Notes under the pieces: model-generated
Databases searched by the model: none
What the model saw: the letters and a program-made list of their open reading frames with translations, nothing else
What the model was told of the DNA's origin: nothing
Shown: positions 51,367 through 64,000 of the stretch, piece by piece
How the letters are laid out: each line of letters starts with the position of its first letter
Position numbering within the stretch: the stretch's first letter is position 1
Source: Alphaproteobacteria bacterium
GTDB taxonomy: Bacteria; Pseudomonadota; Alphaproteobacteria; UBA828
Assembly (NCBI GenBank): GCA_963667785.2
Contig: CAXXMU010000001.1
Coordinates: forward strand, 544,001 to 608,000
DNA: 64,000 bases
Direction of reading: 5' to 3'
Made by a program: the position numbers and the translations under genes

Positions 51367-51684
51367 CTAACGGTCGTTGAAGAGCGGGCCGCTGAAGAGG
51401 GTGAGCCCGCCGAAGCGGTGCGACAGGCCGACCTCCCCGCCGTACTTGTAGAGCGTCAGGCCGCCGTAGGCCCGCGAGACGCCGTGTCTGCGGTCGATGC
51501 TGTAGGGAATCGAGCCGCCGTACCTGTGCGCCAGGCCGGTCTTGCCGTCGCAATTGTAGATGGCGAACGCGCCGAAGCTCTTCGCAAGGCAACGGGCCTG
51601 CGCGGAATCGCTCAGCCACAGGGAAGCGACGAGGCAAGCGATCACACCACCCGCGGCAATCATGCGCTGCGTGGTTCTTGGCAT
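51367..51684 (-). CDS. Small secreted hypothetical protein with 18-aa repeats
   Basis: GAGAAGGG RBS; signal peptide ending AQA; GLAHRYGG / GVSRAYGG / GLSHRFGG. Confidence 0.65.
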   Translation of the reverse strand: MPRTTQRMIAAGGVIACLVASLWLSDSAQARCLAKSFGAFAIYNCDGKTGLAHRYGGSIPYSIDRRHGVSRAYGGLTLYKYGGEVGLSHRFGGLTLFSGPLFNDR

Positions 51685-51786
51685 CGCGCCCTTCTCCGTC
51701 CCTCGTATCGGATGGAACGGCCAGCATGGACCTGCAGGCGGGGCGGATCAAGCACGGATGGGCGGCCCGCCTCGCCCGCTCGCCGC

Positions 51787-52611
51787 TCAGGCGTGGTGCT
51801 TCTTCGCGTGCACGATGTAGTTGACCGCGAGGCTCGGGCTCGTCGTCCAGCCACCGGCGAGCGGGTTGTAGACCATGCCCCGCATGTCCGCGACGGCAAG
51901 CCCGTGGCGGCGCAGCAGGCGGACCATCTCGGCCGGCCGCACGAAGCGCGACCAGTCGTGGCTGCCGGCCGGCACCCAGCCGAGGATGCGCTCGGCAGCG
52001 ACGATGCCCAGCGCGTAGGCCGCGAGAGTGCGATTGAGCGTCGCCACGAAGAGCGACCCGCCGGGCCTGACGAGGCCCGCGCAGGCGGCCGCGAAGGCGT
52101 CGCGATCGGCCACGTGCTCGACGATCTCGAGCGCCAGCACGGCGTCGAAGCGCTCGCCGGCGTCGGCCAGGGCCTCGGCGGTGGCGAAGCGATAGTCGAT
52201 GGCGAGCCCCTGCTCCTCGGCATGGTGGCGGGCGGCGCGGATGTTGGGCTCCGCCGCGTCGATGGCGACCACGTCTGCCCCCAGCCGGCACATGGGCTCG
52301 GCCATCAGGCCGCCGCCGCAGCCGACGTCGAGCAGCCTGAGCCCGGCAAGCGGCCTGAGCGACGTCGCGCCTTCGGCAGGGTCGGCCGGCGCTGTGTCGG
52401 CGACGAGCGCGTCCCGCACATAGGCGATGCGGACCGGGTTGAGCGCGTGCAGGGCGCGGAGCGCGCCGTGGCGGTCCCACCACCGGTCCGCGAGCCGGGC
52501 GAAGCGCTCGACCTCGGCCGGATCGACGCTGGGATCGGCCGCCGCAGCACCCGCCGCGTCGCCCGCGTCTGCGGCTTGCGGCGCCTCCCGCGTGCGTTCC
52601 TTCGCGGCCAT
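51787..52611 (-). CDS. ubiG: Ubiquinone biosynthesis O-methyltransferase UbiG
   Basis: SVDPAEVERF, LH.LNPVR, LDVGCGGG, EIVEHV, TLNRT, HDWSRF. Confidence 0.95.
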   Translation of the reverse strand: MAAKERTREAPQAADAGDAAGAAAADPSVDPAEVERFARLADRWWDRHGALRALHALNPVRIAYVRDALVADTAPADPAEGATSLRPLAGLRLLDVGCGGGLMAEPMCRLGADVVAIDAAEPNIRAARHHAEEQGLAIDYRFATAEALADAGERFDAVLALEIVEHVADRDAFAAACAGLVRPGGSLFVATLNRTLAAYALGIVAAERILGWVPAGSHDWSRFVRPAEMVRLLRRHGLAVADMRGMVYNPLAGGWTTSPSLAVNYIVHAKKHHA

Positions 52612-52726
52612 CCGCACGTCCTCCAAGGCTGCGTCGTGCGCTTGCGCGGCTCCGACCGAGTCAGTATGTAGGGGCGTCTCCACGACCGGCAAGCGTCGCC
52701 TTCCCGACGCGGACGCGCCCCACCCG

Positions 52727-53950
52727 ATGGCTCTAATCGTTCACAAGTACGGCGGCACGTCGGTGGCCGACCTCGACCGCATCAACGCCGTCGCCGACCG
52801 CGTGAAGGCGACGGTCGATGCCGGCGACCGTGTGGCGGTCGTCGTCTCCGCCATGGCCGGCACGACCGACCGGCTCGTCTCCCTGGTGCGGTCGGCGGCG
52901 CCGCTCCACGACGCGCGGGAATACGACACGGTCGCGTCGGCGGGTGAGCAGATCACCGCCGGCCTGCTCGCGCTCGCCCTGCAGAGCCGGGGGGTCACGG
53001 CGCGCTCGTGGCTCGGCTGGCAGATTCCGATCCGCACCGACGGCGGCCACGGCCGCGCCCGGATCGAGGGGATCGAGACCGACGAGCTGCACCGGCGCAT
53101 CGCCCGGCAGGAGGTGCCGGTGGTCGCCGGCTTCCAGGGCCTGGGCCCGCTCGGGCGGATCACGACGCTCGGGCGCGGCGGCACCGACACGACGGCAGTC
53201 GCGCTCGCCGCGGCGCTGGGGGCCGATCGCTGCGACATCTTCACCGACGTGGAGGGCGTGTTCACAGCCGATCCCCGTATCGTTGCGACGGCCCGCAAGC
53301 TGGCTAAGATCACCTACGAGGAGATGCTGGAGCTCGCCTCGCTCGGCGCCAAGGTTCTGCAGATTCGCGCCGTCGAGATGGCGATGAAGCACCAGGTGAC
53401 GCTTCAGGTCGCCTCCAGCTTTGCCGATACCCCCGGAACATTCGTGGTCGACGAGGACGACATCGTGGAACAGGAGCGGGTCAGCGGAATCGCCTACAGC
53501 CGGGACGAGGCCAAGATCACCGTGATCGGCGTCGCCGACCGCCCCGGCGTCGCAGCCAGCATCTTCGGGCCGCTGGCGGACGGCAACGTCAACGTCGACA
53601 TGATCGTGCAGAACATCTCCGCCGACGGCACGACCGACCTCACCTTCACGGTGACGGAGGCCGACCTGGAGCGCTCGATCGCCATCCTGGAAGAGGCGCG
53701 GAGCGCTGTCGCCTTCGAGCGGCTGGCGGCGGATTCGGGCGTGGTCAAGGTATCGGTGATCGGCGTCGGGATGCGCAGCCACGCCGGGGTGGCGCAGACG
53801 ATGTTCGCCGCGCTCGCCGAGAAGGGGATCAACATTCAGGTGATCTCGACCTCGGAGATCAAGATCAGCGTGCTGGTCTCGGAAGACTACACCGAGCTCG
53901 CCGTGCGCGCCCTTCACGCGGCCTACGGGCTGGACGAACGTGAGCCCTGA
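52727..53950 (+). CDS. lysC: Aspartate kinase
   Basis: VHKYGGTSV, VVSAM, TLGRGGTD, ACT domains, ISTSEIKIS. Confidence 0.97.
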   Translation: MALIVHKYGGTSVADLDRINAVADRVKATVDAGDRVAVVVSAMAGTTDRLVSLVRSAAPLHDAREYDTVASAGEQITAGLLALALQSRGVTARSWLGWQIPIRTDGGHGRARIEGIETDELHRRIARQEVPVVAGFQGLGPLGRITTLGRGGTDTTAVALAAALGADRCDIFTDVEGVFTADPRIVATARKLAKITYEEMLELASLGAKVLQIRAVEMAMKHQVTLQVASSFADTPGTFVVDEDDIVEQERVSGIAYSRDEAKITVIGVADRPGVAASIFGPLADGNVNVDMIVQNISADGTTDLTFTVTEADLERSIAILEEARSAVAFERLAADSGVVKVSVIGVGMRSHAGVAQTMFAALAEKGINIQVISTSEIKISVLVSEDYTELAVRALHAAYGLDEREP

Positions 53951-55061
53951 AGCGCGCGACGACGCGGACCTGCAAGACGCGCGCGAAAACGCGCGACGAC
54001 GGCTCGACGCCTACTGGGCGCGGGGATGCGCGTTCCTCGGCACCCGCTACGCGCTCATGGGGGGCGCGATGTCGTGGGTTTCCGAGCGGAACCTGGTGGC
54101 GGCCATCTCCAACGCCGGCGGCTTCGGCGTCGTCGCCTGCGGCTCGCTCGAGCCCGATCAGCTCGGCGACGAGATCGACGGCGTTTACGAGCGCTGCGAC
54201 AAGCCCTTCGGGGTGAACATCATCGTCATGCACCCCGCGCTCGACGCGTTGATCGCGACCTGTATCGAGCGCGGCGTCGGCCATGTGGTGCTGGCAGGCG
54301 GCATGCCGCCGCGCCGTGCCATCGCGGCTCTGAAGGAGGCCGGCACGCGGGTAATCGCGTTCGCGCCGACGCTGCCGCTCGCGCGCAGGCTGGCCGGGCA
54401 GGGAATCGACGCGCTCATCATCGAGGGCATGGAGGCGGGCGGCCATATCGGCCCCGTGTCGACCAACGTGCTGGCCCAGGAGGTGCTGCCCCATTTCGAC
54501 GACGTGCCGGTCTTCGTCGGCGGCGGCATCGGGAGGGGCGATGCGGTCGCGCTCTATCTCGCGATGGGCGCGGCCGGCTGCCAGCTCGGCACGCGCTTCG
54601 TCTGCGCCACCGAATCGATCGCGCATCCGCGCTTCAAGCAGGCCATGATCCGCGCCAACGCACGCGACGCGCGGCTCTCGGTGCAGGTGGACCCGGATTT
54701 TCCGGTGATCCCGGTGCGTGCCGTCGCCAACAAGGCAACCGAGCGTTTCGAGGCGTTTCAGCGGGAGACCATCGCCCGCTTTCGCGGCGGCGAGATGGCG
54801 CTTGCCGAGGCGAGGCTCGCCATCGAGCACTTCTGGGCGGGCGCGTTGCGCCGGGCCGCGATCGAGGGCGACATCGAGAACGGCTCCCTGATGGCCGGCC
54901 AGAGTGTCGGCATGGTGAGCGCGGAGCAGTCGACCGAGGAGATCGTCACCGAGCTGGTCGGTCAGGCGGTAAACGCGATCGCTTCCAGCGCCGAGCGCGG
55001 CACGGGTGCTGCCGCGGAAGACGATCGGCCGTCCCGTCCGCCGCTCCCCGCCACCGCGTGA
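53940..55061 (+). CDS. Nitronate monooxygenase/FabK-like flavoprotein
   Basis: GGAMSWVS, PFGVN, EG.EAGGH, QLGTRF, MAGQS. Confidence 0.9.
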   Translation: MSPEARDDADLQDARENARRRLDAYWARGCAFLGTRYALMGGAMSWVSERNLVAAISNAGGFGVVACGSLEPDQLGDEIDGVYERCDKPFGVNIIVMHPALDALIATCIERGVGHVVLAGGMPPRRAIAALKEAGTRVIAFAPTLPLARRLAGQGIDALIIEGMEAGGHIGPVSTNVLAQEVLPHFDDVPVFVGGGIGRGDAVALYLAMGAAGCQLGTRFVCATESIAHPRFKQAMIRANARDARLSVQVDPDFPVIPVRAVANKATERFEAFQRETIARFRGGEMALAEARLAIEHFWAGALRRAAIEGDIENGSLMAGQSVGMVSAEQSTEEIVTELVGQAVNAIASSAERGTGAAAEDDRPSRPPLPATA

Positions 55062-55100
55062 CGTTACCGGCTTGTTTTGCGCGCATATGTCCGGCGGTCT

Positions 55101-55128
55101 TTGCAAGGGGCCGTAATTGGTATAAAAT
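55101..55128 (+). promoter_or_regulatory. Putative sigma70 promoter for rodZ
   Basis: TTGCAA-N16-TAAAAT in an AT-rich patch. Confidence 0.45.
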
Positions 55129-55319
55129 CGCCCGCAGTACGACTTGTGCCAAGGGAGGTAAGCTGCCCGCGACGCAGCCCGTAGCGCCGGGGAACAATCG
55201 GCGAATCGAGGTCGCGCGCGTGCAACACGGAGCGGGTTTGAACATCGGAAGTAGGCGCCTGAGCGTGTAACGCCGACGGGAGGGCCGGCGTGCGCGTTCG
55301 CGTTTGCGGGACGCGGGTG

Positions 55320-56945
55320 ATGAAGGATCCTCTGCGGGTGCCGTTCGAGGCGACCGATCCCGATCCGGCGGGGCCGCGGCTCGTGCACGAGGCGGGCGAC
55401 GGCGAGAGTCAGGCCGCCCCGAGCTTCTGCGAGACGCTGATCGAGGCGCGGGTCAGAGGCGGCTACAGCGTGGGAGACGCCGCCCGGGCGCTGCGAATCC
55501 AGGAGCACTACCTCCAGGCGCTGGAGGATGGCCGCTTCGACGAAATCCCCGGCAATACCTACGCGATCGGGTTCCTGCGGAGCTATGCGGGCTTTCTCGC
55601 CCTCGACCCGGATGAGCTCGTGGACGCCTTCAAGCGCGAGCAGGGGCTCGAATCCGGCGAGCAGAGGCTCGCGTTCCCCTCGCCCAGCGATACCAGCCCG
55701 AAGCCCAAGTTGTGGCTCATCCTGCTCGTTCTCGTGCTCGCCGGTCTCGCCTATGGCGGCTGGCAGTATCAGTCGACCGGCAGCCAGATCGCGACCGATC
55801 TGGTCGACGACGTTTCGACTCGGCTGACAGAGGCGGTCGGCCTGGGGACGGAAGAGGCTGCGCAGGCCACGCAGGCCACCCAAGCCACCGGAGCAACGGA
55901 AACCGCGCAGACCGCGCAGGAGCCGGCTGCCGTCGCGACGGACGCCACGCCGGCGGCGTCGGCTACGGCGGGGGCCGAGGTGTCGGCGGAGACCTCCCTG
56001 GCCGAGGCCACCATATCGGACGCGAGCCCGGCCGCTCCCGCCCCTGACGGCCCGGCTCCGACGAGCGTCGCTGCGGGCGATGCCGCCATTCCGGCGGCCG
56101 AGAGCTGGGACGAGACCGGGACGGAGCAGGCGGCGGACGCTGCGGTGATCGACGGGGCGCGGGAGGACGGTGAGCCGATTCCGCCGGCGCCGCCCAAGGC
56201 CGAGGCGGCCGACGATGCCGCTCCCGTGACATCCGCGCCGGCCGCGCCGGGCGAGGCCACGCAGCAGGCCGAGGCCGCGGCGCCGATCGAACCGAGCGCT
56301 TCCGGCGAGGCGATCGCTACGGCGGTCGAGCAACGCCCGGCCGTCGCGGCGCCGCTCGACCTCGCGGCCGCCCAGGTCGGCGGGAGCGGCAGCGCCGAAG
56401 AGGCGGTCACCGTCCCCGATGCGCCGACCGCCGCGTCCGCCGCCTCCGCTGAGAGCGCGGTGTCCGCAGAAGCACTGCCGGTTATCGAAACGGAGCCGGT
56501 GGAGGTCGTCGCGCTGCAGGAGCTGCCGGCCCCAGCGCAGGAGCAGCCGTCGCAGCCGGCCGTCGATACGGCAGGGGAGGGGACCGCCGCTCCCCAGGTC
56601 CCGGGTGCGGACGAAACATGGCCCGCGGCCGACAGCGGCTACGTTCCCAAGGTCTACGGACGCAGCAACGCCGATGCCCGCGTCGTCATCACCGCGACCG
56701 ACGACAGCTGGGTCCAGGTGCAGGGCCCCGACAACGAGCTGCTGCTGACCCGGATCCTCCACACAGGCGATTCCTATCGCGTGCCCGACCGTCCCGGCCT
56801 CGTCATGGTGACGGGCAATGCGGGCGGTCTCGAGATCCGGGTCGACGATGCGCCCGCGCCGGCGCTGGGACCCCTCGGAGTGGTCATGCGGAACATCGCC
56901 CTCGATCCCGACCGCCTTCTGGCCGGCACGGCGACGGGCGGCTAG
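55320..56945 (+). CDS. rodZ: RodZ-like cell shape protein (HTH, TM, long linker, DUF4115)
   Basis: LRI..HYL.ALE.G.F...PG.TY..GFLRSYA; TM helix; C-terminal DSWVQV...GNAGGL. Confidence 0.85.
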   Translation: MKDPLRVPFEATDPDPAGPRLVHEAGDGESQAAPSFCETLIEARVRGGYSVGDAARALRIQEHYLQALEDGRFDEIPGNTYAIGFLRSYAGFLALDPDELVDAFKREQGLESGEQRLAFPSPSDTSPKPKLWLILLVLVLAGLAYGGWQYQSTGSQIATDLVDDVSTRLTEAVGLGTEEAAQATQATQATGATETAQTAQEPAAVATDATPAASATAGAEVSAETSLAEATISDASPAAPAPDGPAPTSVAAGDAAIPAAESWDETGTEQAADAAVIDGAREDGEPIPPAPPKAEAADDAAPVTSAPAAPGEATQQAEAAAPIEPSASGEAIATAVEQRPAVAAPLDLAAAQVGGSGSAEEAVTVPDAPTAASAASAESAVSAEALPVIETEPVEVVALQELPAPAQEQPSQPAVDTAGEGTAAPQVPGADETWPAADSGYVPKVYGRSNADARVVITATDDSWVQVQGPDNELLLTRILHTGDSYRVPDRPGLVMVTGNAGGLEIRVDDAPAPALGPLGVVMRNIALDPDRLLAGTATGG

Positions 56946-57057
56946 GCGCCACGACGGGGCGGCCGCCGCCGCCGCTTGCCGAAATCGCGGATTCGAGTCA
57001 CTAAACCCGCCGCCGTCGCGTCGGCGGCAGCACCGGCGCCGCTCGGGAACCCAGACA

Positions 57058-58320
57058 GTGCGCAAGATTCAGCCGGTTCGCGGAACGCACGACCTCGCGG
57101 CGGACGAGATGCGGCGCCACCGCCACGTCGTCGAGCGCGCCCGCGCCCTCGCCGAGCGCTACGGATTCGCGGAGGTGGCGACCCCGATCTTCGAGTTCAG
57201 CGACGTCTTCCGCCGCACGCTGGGCGACACCTCGGACATCGTGACCAAGGAGATGTACACCTTCACCGACCGCGGCGGCTCCGAGCTTACGCTCAGGCCC
57301 GAGAACACGGCGGGAGTGGCCCGCGCGCTCATCGGCGGCACCTTCGGCGACCGCCGCCCGGTCAAGTGCTTCTACGCCGGGCCCATGTTCCGCTACGAGC
57401 GGCCGCAGAAGGGCCGGTTGCGCCAGTTCCATCAGATCGGCGTCGAGCTGATCGGTGCCCCCGAGCCCCTTGCCGACATCGAGGTGATCGCCCTCGGCGC
57501 GCATGTGCTGGAGGAGCTCGGCGTGCTGGAGCGGGTCACGCTGGAGATCAACACGCTCGCCGACGAGCCGAGCCGGCTGGCCTATCGTGAAGCGCTCGTC
57601 GCCCATCTCGAGGCCAACGAGGACGCGCTGTCCGAGGAGAGCCGGCAGCGTCTCAGGCGCAATCCGCTGCGCGTCCTCGATTCGAAGGACGAGGGCGACC
57701 GGGCGGTGCTGGCCGATGCGCCGCTGATCGACGCCCATCTGAGCCCCGAGGCCGCCGCCTTCTTCGATGCCCTCTGCGACGGGCTGAGCGGCCTCGGCAT
57801 CGCGTTCGCGCGCAACGCCCGGCTCGTGCGGGGCCTGGACTACTACTGCCACACGGCCTTCGAGTTCGTCACCGAGGCGCTCGGCGCGCAGGGCGCGGTG
57901 CTGGCGGGAGGGCGCTACGACGGCCTGGTGGAGACGATGGGCGGGCCGGCCACGCCCGGCGTCGGCTGGGCCGGCGGCATCGAGCGTCTGGCCGCCCTGG
58001 TGGCCACGGCAGGGGAGGTGGCGGCGGCGCCCCGCCCCATCGCCATCGTGCCCCTCGGTGCGCGTGCCGAGGCCAGCGCCCTCAGGCTCGCCCAGCGCCT
58101 GCGCCACGCAGGCTTCGCGGTTGAGCTGACCTATCGCGGCACCCTCTCCAAGCGGCTCAAGCGGGCGGATCAGGCACGCGCCGCGGCGGCGGTGATCCTG
58201 GGCGAGGACGAGTTGGAGCGTGGGGTCGCGACGGTCCGCGACCTCGACAGCGGCGAACAGGTCGAGACGCCGGAGGCGGAGCTCGGCGCGCATCTCGCCC
58301 GCTACGCGCCGGGCCGATGA
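57058..58320 (+). CDS. hisS: Histidine-tRNA ligase
   Basis: [48 protein letters not shown]. Confidence 0.97.
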   Translation: MRKIQPVRGTHDLAADEMRRHRHVVERARALAERYGFAEVATPIFEFSDVFRRTLGDTSDIVTKEMYTFTDRGGSELTLRPENTAGVARALIGGTFGDRRPVKCFYAGPMFRYERPQKGRLRQFHQIGVELIGAPEPLADIEVIALGAHVLEELGVLERVTLEINTLADEPSRLAYREALVAHLEANEDALSEESRQRLRRNPLRVLDSKDEGDRAVLADAPLIDAHLSPEAAAFFDALCDGLSGLGIAFARNARLVRGLDYYCHTAFEFVTEALGAQGAVLAGGRYDGLVETMGGPATPGVGWAGGIERLAALVATAGEVAAAPRPIAIVPLGARAEASALRLAQRLRHAGFAVELTYRGTLSKRLKRADQARAAAAVILGEDELERGVATVRDLDSGEQVETPEAELGAHLARYAPGR

Positions 58321-59404
58321 GCGCCGCGACCGGGTTCGAGGAGCGCCTGGACCGGGTGCTCGCCCGCCACGGCGAGCTCGGCCTGGCGCTGTCCGCCTCG
58401 CCCCCGCCCCCGCCCGGCGAGCTCGCGCGGCTCTCCGCGAGTACACCGCGCTCTCGCCGATCGTGGAGGCGATCTCGGCGCTCCGCGCCGCCCGCGACGA
58501 GGCCGACGAGCTGCAGGCGATGGCCGAGGATGCGGAGAGCGATCCCGAGATGCGGGAGCTGGCCGAGGAAGAGCGCGCCGCGCTGTTGGCGGCCATCCCT
58601 GCGAAGGAGGAGGCGCTGAAGCTCCTTCTCCTGCCGACCGACGAGGCCGACGAGCGCAACGCGATTCTCGAGGTCCGGGCCGGCACCGGCGGCGAGGAGG
58701 CCGCGCTCTTCGCCGGCGATCTGCTCAGGATGTACCAGCGCTACGCGGAAGCCCGGCGCTGGCGCTTCGAGCTGATGTCGATGTCGGACACCGGCCTGGG
58801 CGGGGTCAAGGAGGCGGTCGCGTCGATCGGGGGGCGCGGCGTCTATGCGCGGCTCAAGTTCGAATCGGGCGTCCACCGCGTTCAGCGGGTGCCGGAGACG
58901 GAGGCCAGCGGGCGCATTCACACCTCGGCGGCGACCGTCGCCGTGCTGCCCGAGGCGGAGGATGTCGACATCGCGCTGGACGAGAAGGAGCTCCGCATCG
59001 ACGTCTACCGCTCCAGCGGGCCGGGCGGGCAGAGCGTCAACACCACCGACAGCGCCGTGCGAATCACCCACCTGCCGACAGGCATCGTGGTCACCCAGCA
59101 GGACGAGAAATCGCAGCACAAGAACAAGGCCAAGGCCATGAAGATGCTGCGCGCCCGGCTCTACGACCGGGAGCGCGCGCTGCGCGATGCCGAGCGCGCC
59201 GCCGCGCGGCGCGGGCAGGTCGGCTCCGGCGACCGCTCCGAGCGCATCCGCACCTACAACTTCCCGCAGGGCCGTGTGAGCGATCACCGCATCAACCTCA
59301 CCCTCTACAAGCTCGACAAGGTGTTGAGCGGCGAGGCCCTCGACGAGGTCATCGATCCGCTGATGACGGCCGACCGCGCCGCCCGGCTCGCGGAGGCGGA
59401 GTGA
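58317..59404 (+). CDS. prfA: Peptide chain release factor 1, with apparent 1-bp deletion at ~58435
   Basis: PET recognition motif ([14 protein letters not shown]), GGQ; N-terminus [12 protein letters not shown]...ARLS is in a different frame from REYTAL... Confidence 0.93.
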
Positions 59405-60285
59405 GCGCCGCCGCCGCGACCCGGGCAGAGGCGCTCGGCGCTGCCGCGCGGCGCCTGGGGCGCGCCGGCATCGCCGCACCGCGCCGCGACGCGCGCCTCC
59501 TGATGCAGCATGCATTGGAGCTCTCGCCCGAAGCTCTGCTCGCCGGGGGGGAGGCGCCTCTCGGCGCGAGCGAGGCGCGGCGGCTCTCCGCGCTCGTCGA
59601 CCGCCGCTGCGCGCGCGAGCCGATCGCCTACCTCACGGGCGTGCGCGAGTTCTGGAGCCTCGACTTCGCCGTCGACCGCTCCGCCCTCGTCCCGCGGCCG
59701 GAGACCGAGACCGTCGTCGAGGCGGTGCTGGCGCAGGCCGGCCGCCTCAAGGCGCGGCCGCACCTGCTCGATCTCGGCACCGGCTCCGGTTGCCTGCTCG
59801 TCGCCCTCCTCAGCGAGCTTGAGGGCGCGGTCGGGCTCGGCATCGATATCAGCGCCGCCGCCGTCTCGCTGGCGCGGGCCAACGCCAGGCGGCACGGAGT
59901 CGCCGGGCGCGCCTCCTTCGTCGTCGCCGACTGGGGCGCGCCGCTTGGCCGCCGCTTCGACGTCGTGGTGAGCAACCCGCCCTATGTGGCGGCCGCGGCG
60001 CTGGCTGCGCTCGCGCCGGAAGTCTCGCGTCACGAGCCCAGGGCGGCGCTCGCCGGCGGGGCCGACGGGTACGAGAGCTATCGGCGACTCGCGCCGCAGA
60101 CCGCACGCCTGCTGGCGGCGGACGGGCTCGCCGCGGTCGAGCTCGGCGCCGGCATGGCGAACGACGTGGCGGCGTTGTTTCGGGCGGCCGGACTCGTGCA
60201 GATGGGCCGTCATCGCGATCTTGCCGGAATCGATCGATGCGCGCTTTTCGTGCACGCGGGCCGCACCCGGTTCTCGCCGGAATAA
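59401..60285 (+). CDS. prmC: Release factor glutamine methyltransferase
   Basis: [32 protein letters not shown]. Confidence 0.96.
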   Translation: MSAAAATRAEALGAAARRLGRAGIAAPRRDARLLMQHALELSPEALLAGGEAPLGASEARRLSALVDRRCAREPIAYLTGVREFWSLDFAVDRSALVPRPETETVVEAVLAQAGRLKARPHLLDLGTGSGCLLVALLSELEGAVGLGIDISAAAVSLARANARRHGVAGRASFVVADWGAPLGRRFDVVVSNPPYVAAAALAALAPEVSRHEPRAALAGGADGYESYRRLAPQTARLLAADGLAAVELGAGMANDVAALFRAAGLVQMGRHRDLAGIDRCALFVHAGRTRFSPE

Positions 60286-60507
60286 GGCGGTCGTCCCGCC
60301 TCCCTACGACGGGACGCGATAACGGAAATGACGCAAAAAAAATGTTGCAAACCGCGCCATCATGGTTAGGGTCTGCGGGACTCGCGAAACGCGACCGTAT
60401 GGACGGTCTCGTCGAGTTCTTCAGCAACAGATGCTGATAAGCGTGACCGGAACCAACGCAGTCGGCGCGCGCCGCGTAGCTGCCTGTGAGGCCAGAAGGC
60501 GATCAGT

Positions 60508-60963
60508 ATGAAAGGTCCGAACAACAAACGCCCGCGCGGGTACAGAGGCAACGGGCGGCGCCCCGGCTTTCACGGGCGCGGTTCTACCTTCGAGAGCAAC
60601 GGCCCCGAAGGAAAGATACGAGGAACGGCCTTTCAGGTTATCGAGAAATATCAGGCCCTGGCGCAGGACGCGCTTTCGGCCGGAGACCGCATCGGCGCCG
60701 AAAACTTCTTCCAGCATGCCGAGCACTATTACCGCGTGGTTGCCGCCAATGGCTGGGACCAGCGGGGGCAGCGTCAGCACGGTCAGCAGTCCCAACAGTC
60801 ACAGCAGTCACAACAGCCGCAGCCGCAGCAGCGGGTCGAGCCCGAGCAGAAGGCCGACGGAGACGCCGCGACGAATGCTGGCACCGAGTCGCAGCCTCAG
60901 CCTCAAGTGACGGGCGACGATGCGCCGACGCCTGCGGCGGAGCACGCACCGCAGGCCTCCTGA
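60508..60963 (+). CDS. DUF4167 family protein
   Basis: FESNGPEGKIRG.A.Q..EKY..LA.DA...GDRI.AENFFQHAEHY.R; Gln-rich tail. Confidence 0.9.
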   Translation: MKGPNNKRPRGYRGNGRRPGFHGRGSTFESNGPEGKIRGTAFQVIEKYQALAQDALSAGDRIGAENFFQHAEHYYRVVAANGWDQRGQRQHGQQSQQSQQSQQPQPQQRVEPEQKADGDAATNAGTESQPQPQVTGDDAPTPAAEHAPQAS

Positions 60964-61052
60964 CGGGGACGCCTCCCCCCCGAACCCCGTTGTTCCTATC
61001 CGATCTCATCCCCTGTCCCGTCGAAGGACGGCACGCGAGACGCTGCCGCCCC

Positions 61053-61081
61053 CTTGCCGCGGCGCGGCCGAACCCCATATA
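61053..61081 (+). promoter_or_regulatory. RpoH (sigma32)-type promoter of clpB
   Basis: CTTG-N17-CCCATATA matches the alphaproteobacterial RpoH consensus. Confidence 0.65.
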
Positions 61082-61189
61082 GGGAACGGTTGCTAGGATA
61101 CCCGGCATCCGGCTGCGGGCTTCTCCCGAGGTCAGGAGGGCGCGACTCGAGTCGGCTCTCGGCGGCGGATGGCCAGCGAGGGACGGCAC

Positions 61190-63793
<2,604 letters not shown>

Positions 63794-63868
63794 CCCGCAT
63801 TTTTCACCATGGTCGCGGCCTGCGCGACTCTTCTCCCGCGCTCGCGACCTTGCGCCGTTCCTTCTTCA

Positions 63869-63995
63869 CGTCATGGCCGGATTTATTCCGGCCATCCACG
63901 TCTCGCGGCCGTACCAGCCAGACCACATGCGTATGAACCCCGGACCATGGTGCGGTGCAAGGCAGGGGGTGTCCGTGCGAGGGTCGCGGCATGAT
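63869..63995. repeat. Alphaproteobacterial palindromic interspersed repeat (RPE/MITE-like)
   Basis: cgtcatggccgga-ttta-ttccggccatccacg ... cgcggcatga. Confidence 0.6.
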
Positions 63996-64000
63996 GGGCG

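Noticed and set aside
58317-59404. prfB-type programmed +1 frameshift
   Set aside because: The protein has the RF1 PxT motif, lies before prmC, lacks CTT-TGA, and needs a -1 shift.

Overview
Very GC-rich alphaproteobacterial chromosome segment. Gene order is Rhodospirillales-like; the taxon is inferred from synteny only. Most of the window is housekeeping: yejA/yejB, ftsY-mtaB-dapF, zapA-6S RNA-ygfA-TIGR00282, the aa3 cytochrome c oxidase operon, tldD, xseA, valine catabolism genes, nadK, moaA, apt, cysQ, tsaC, comF, ubiG, lysC and rodZ-hisS-prfA-prmC-DUF4167-clpB. The standout is the accessory block at ~38.9-45.0 kb. It encodes a secreted protein with about 56 Cys in Cys-x-Pro/CAAA repeats fused to a cytochrome P460-type domain, and a separate 67-aa secreted (ACNPC)x4 peptide. 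It also holds a class I cytochrome c, a divergent secreted formylglycine-generating-enzyme-fold protein with an unusual CGIC site, and a His-rich protein of unknown function. Together these are a candidate periplasmic poly-cysteine metal/redox or peptide-modification system. Other notable items: a foreign-looking frameshifted helical-repeat gene flanked by IS and ParD-antitoxin remnants, an orphan DUF3018 antitoxin, an F420-linked gene pair, a helically phased RTCCC array, and apparent 1-bp frameshifts in prfA and ctaG (probably sequencing errors). No rRNA, tRNA or CRISPR array was seen. Family names come from recognising motifs by eye, not from database searches.
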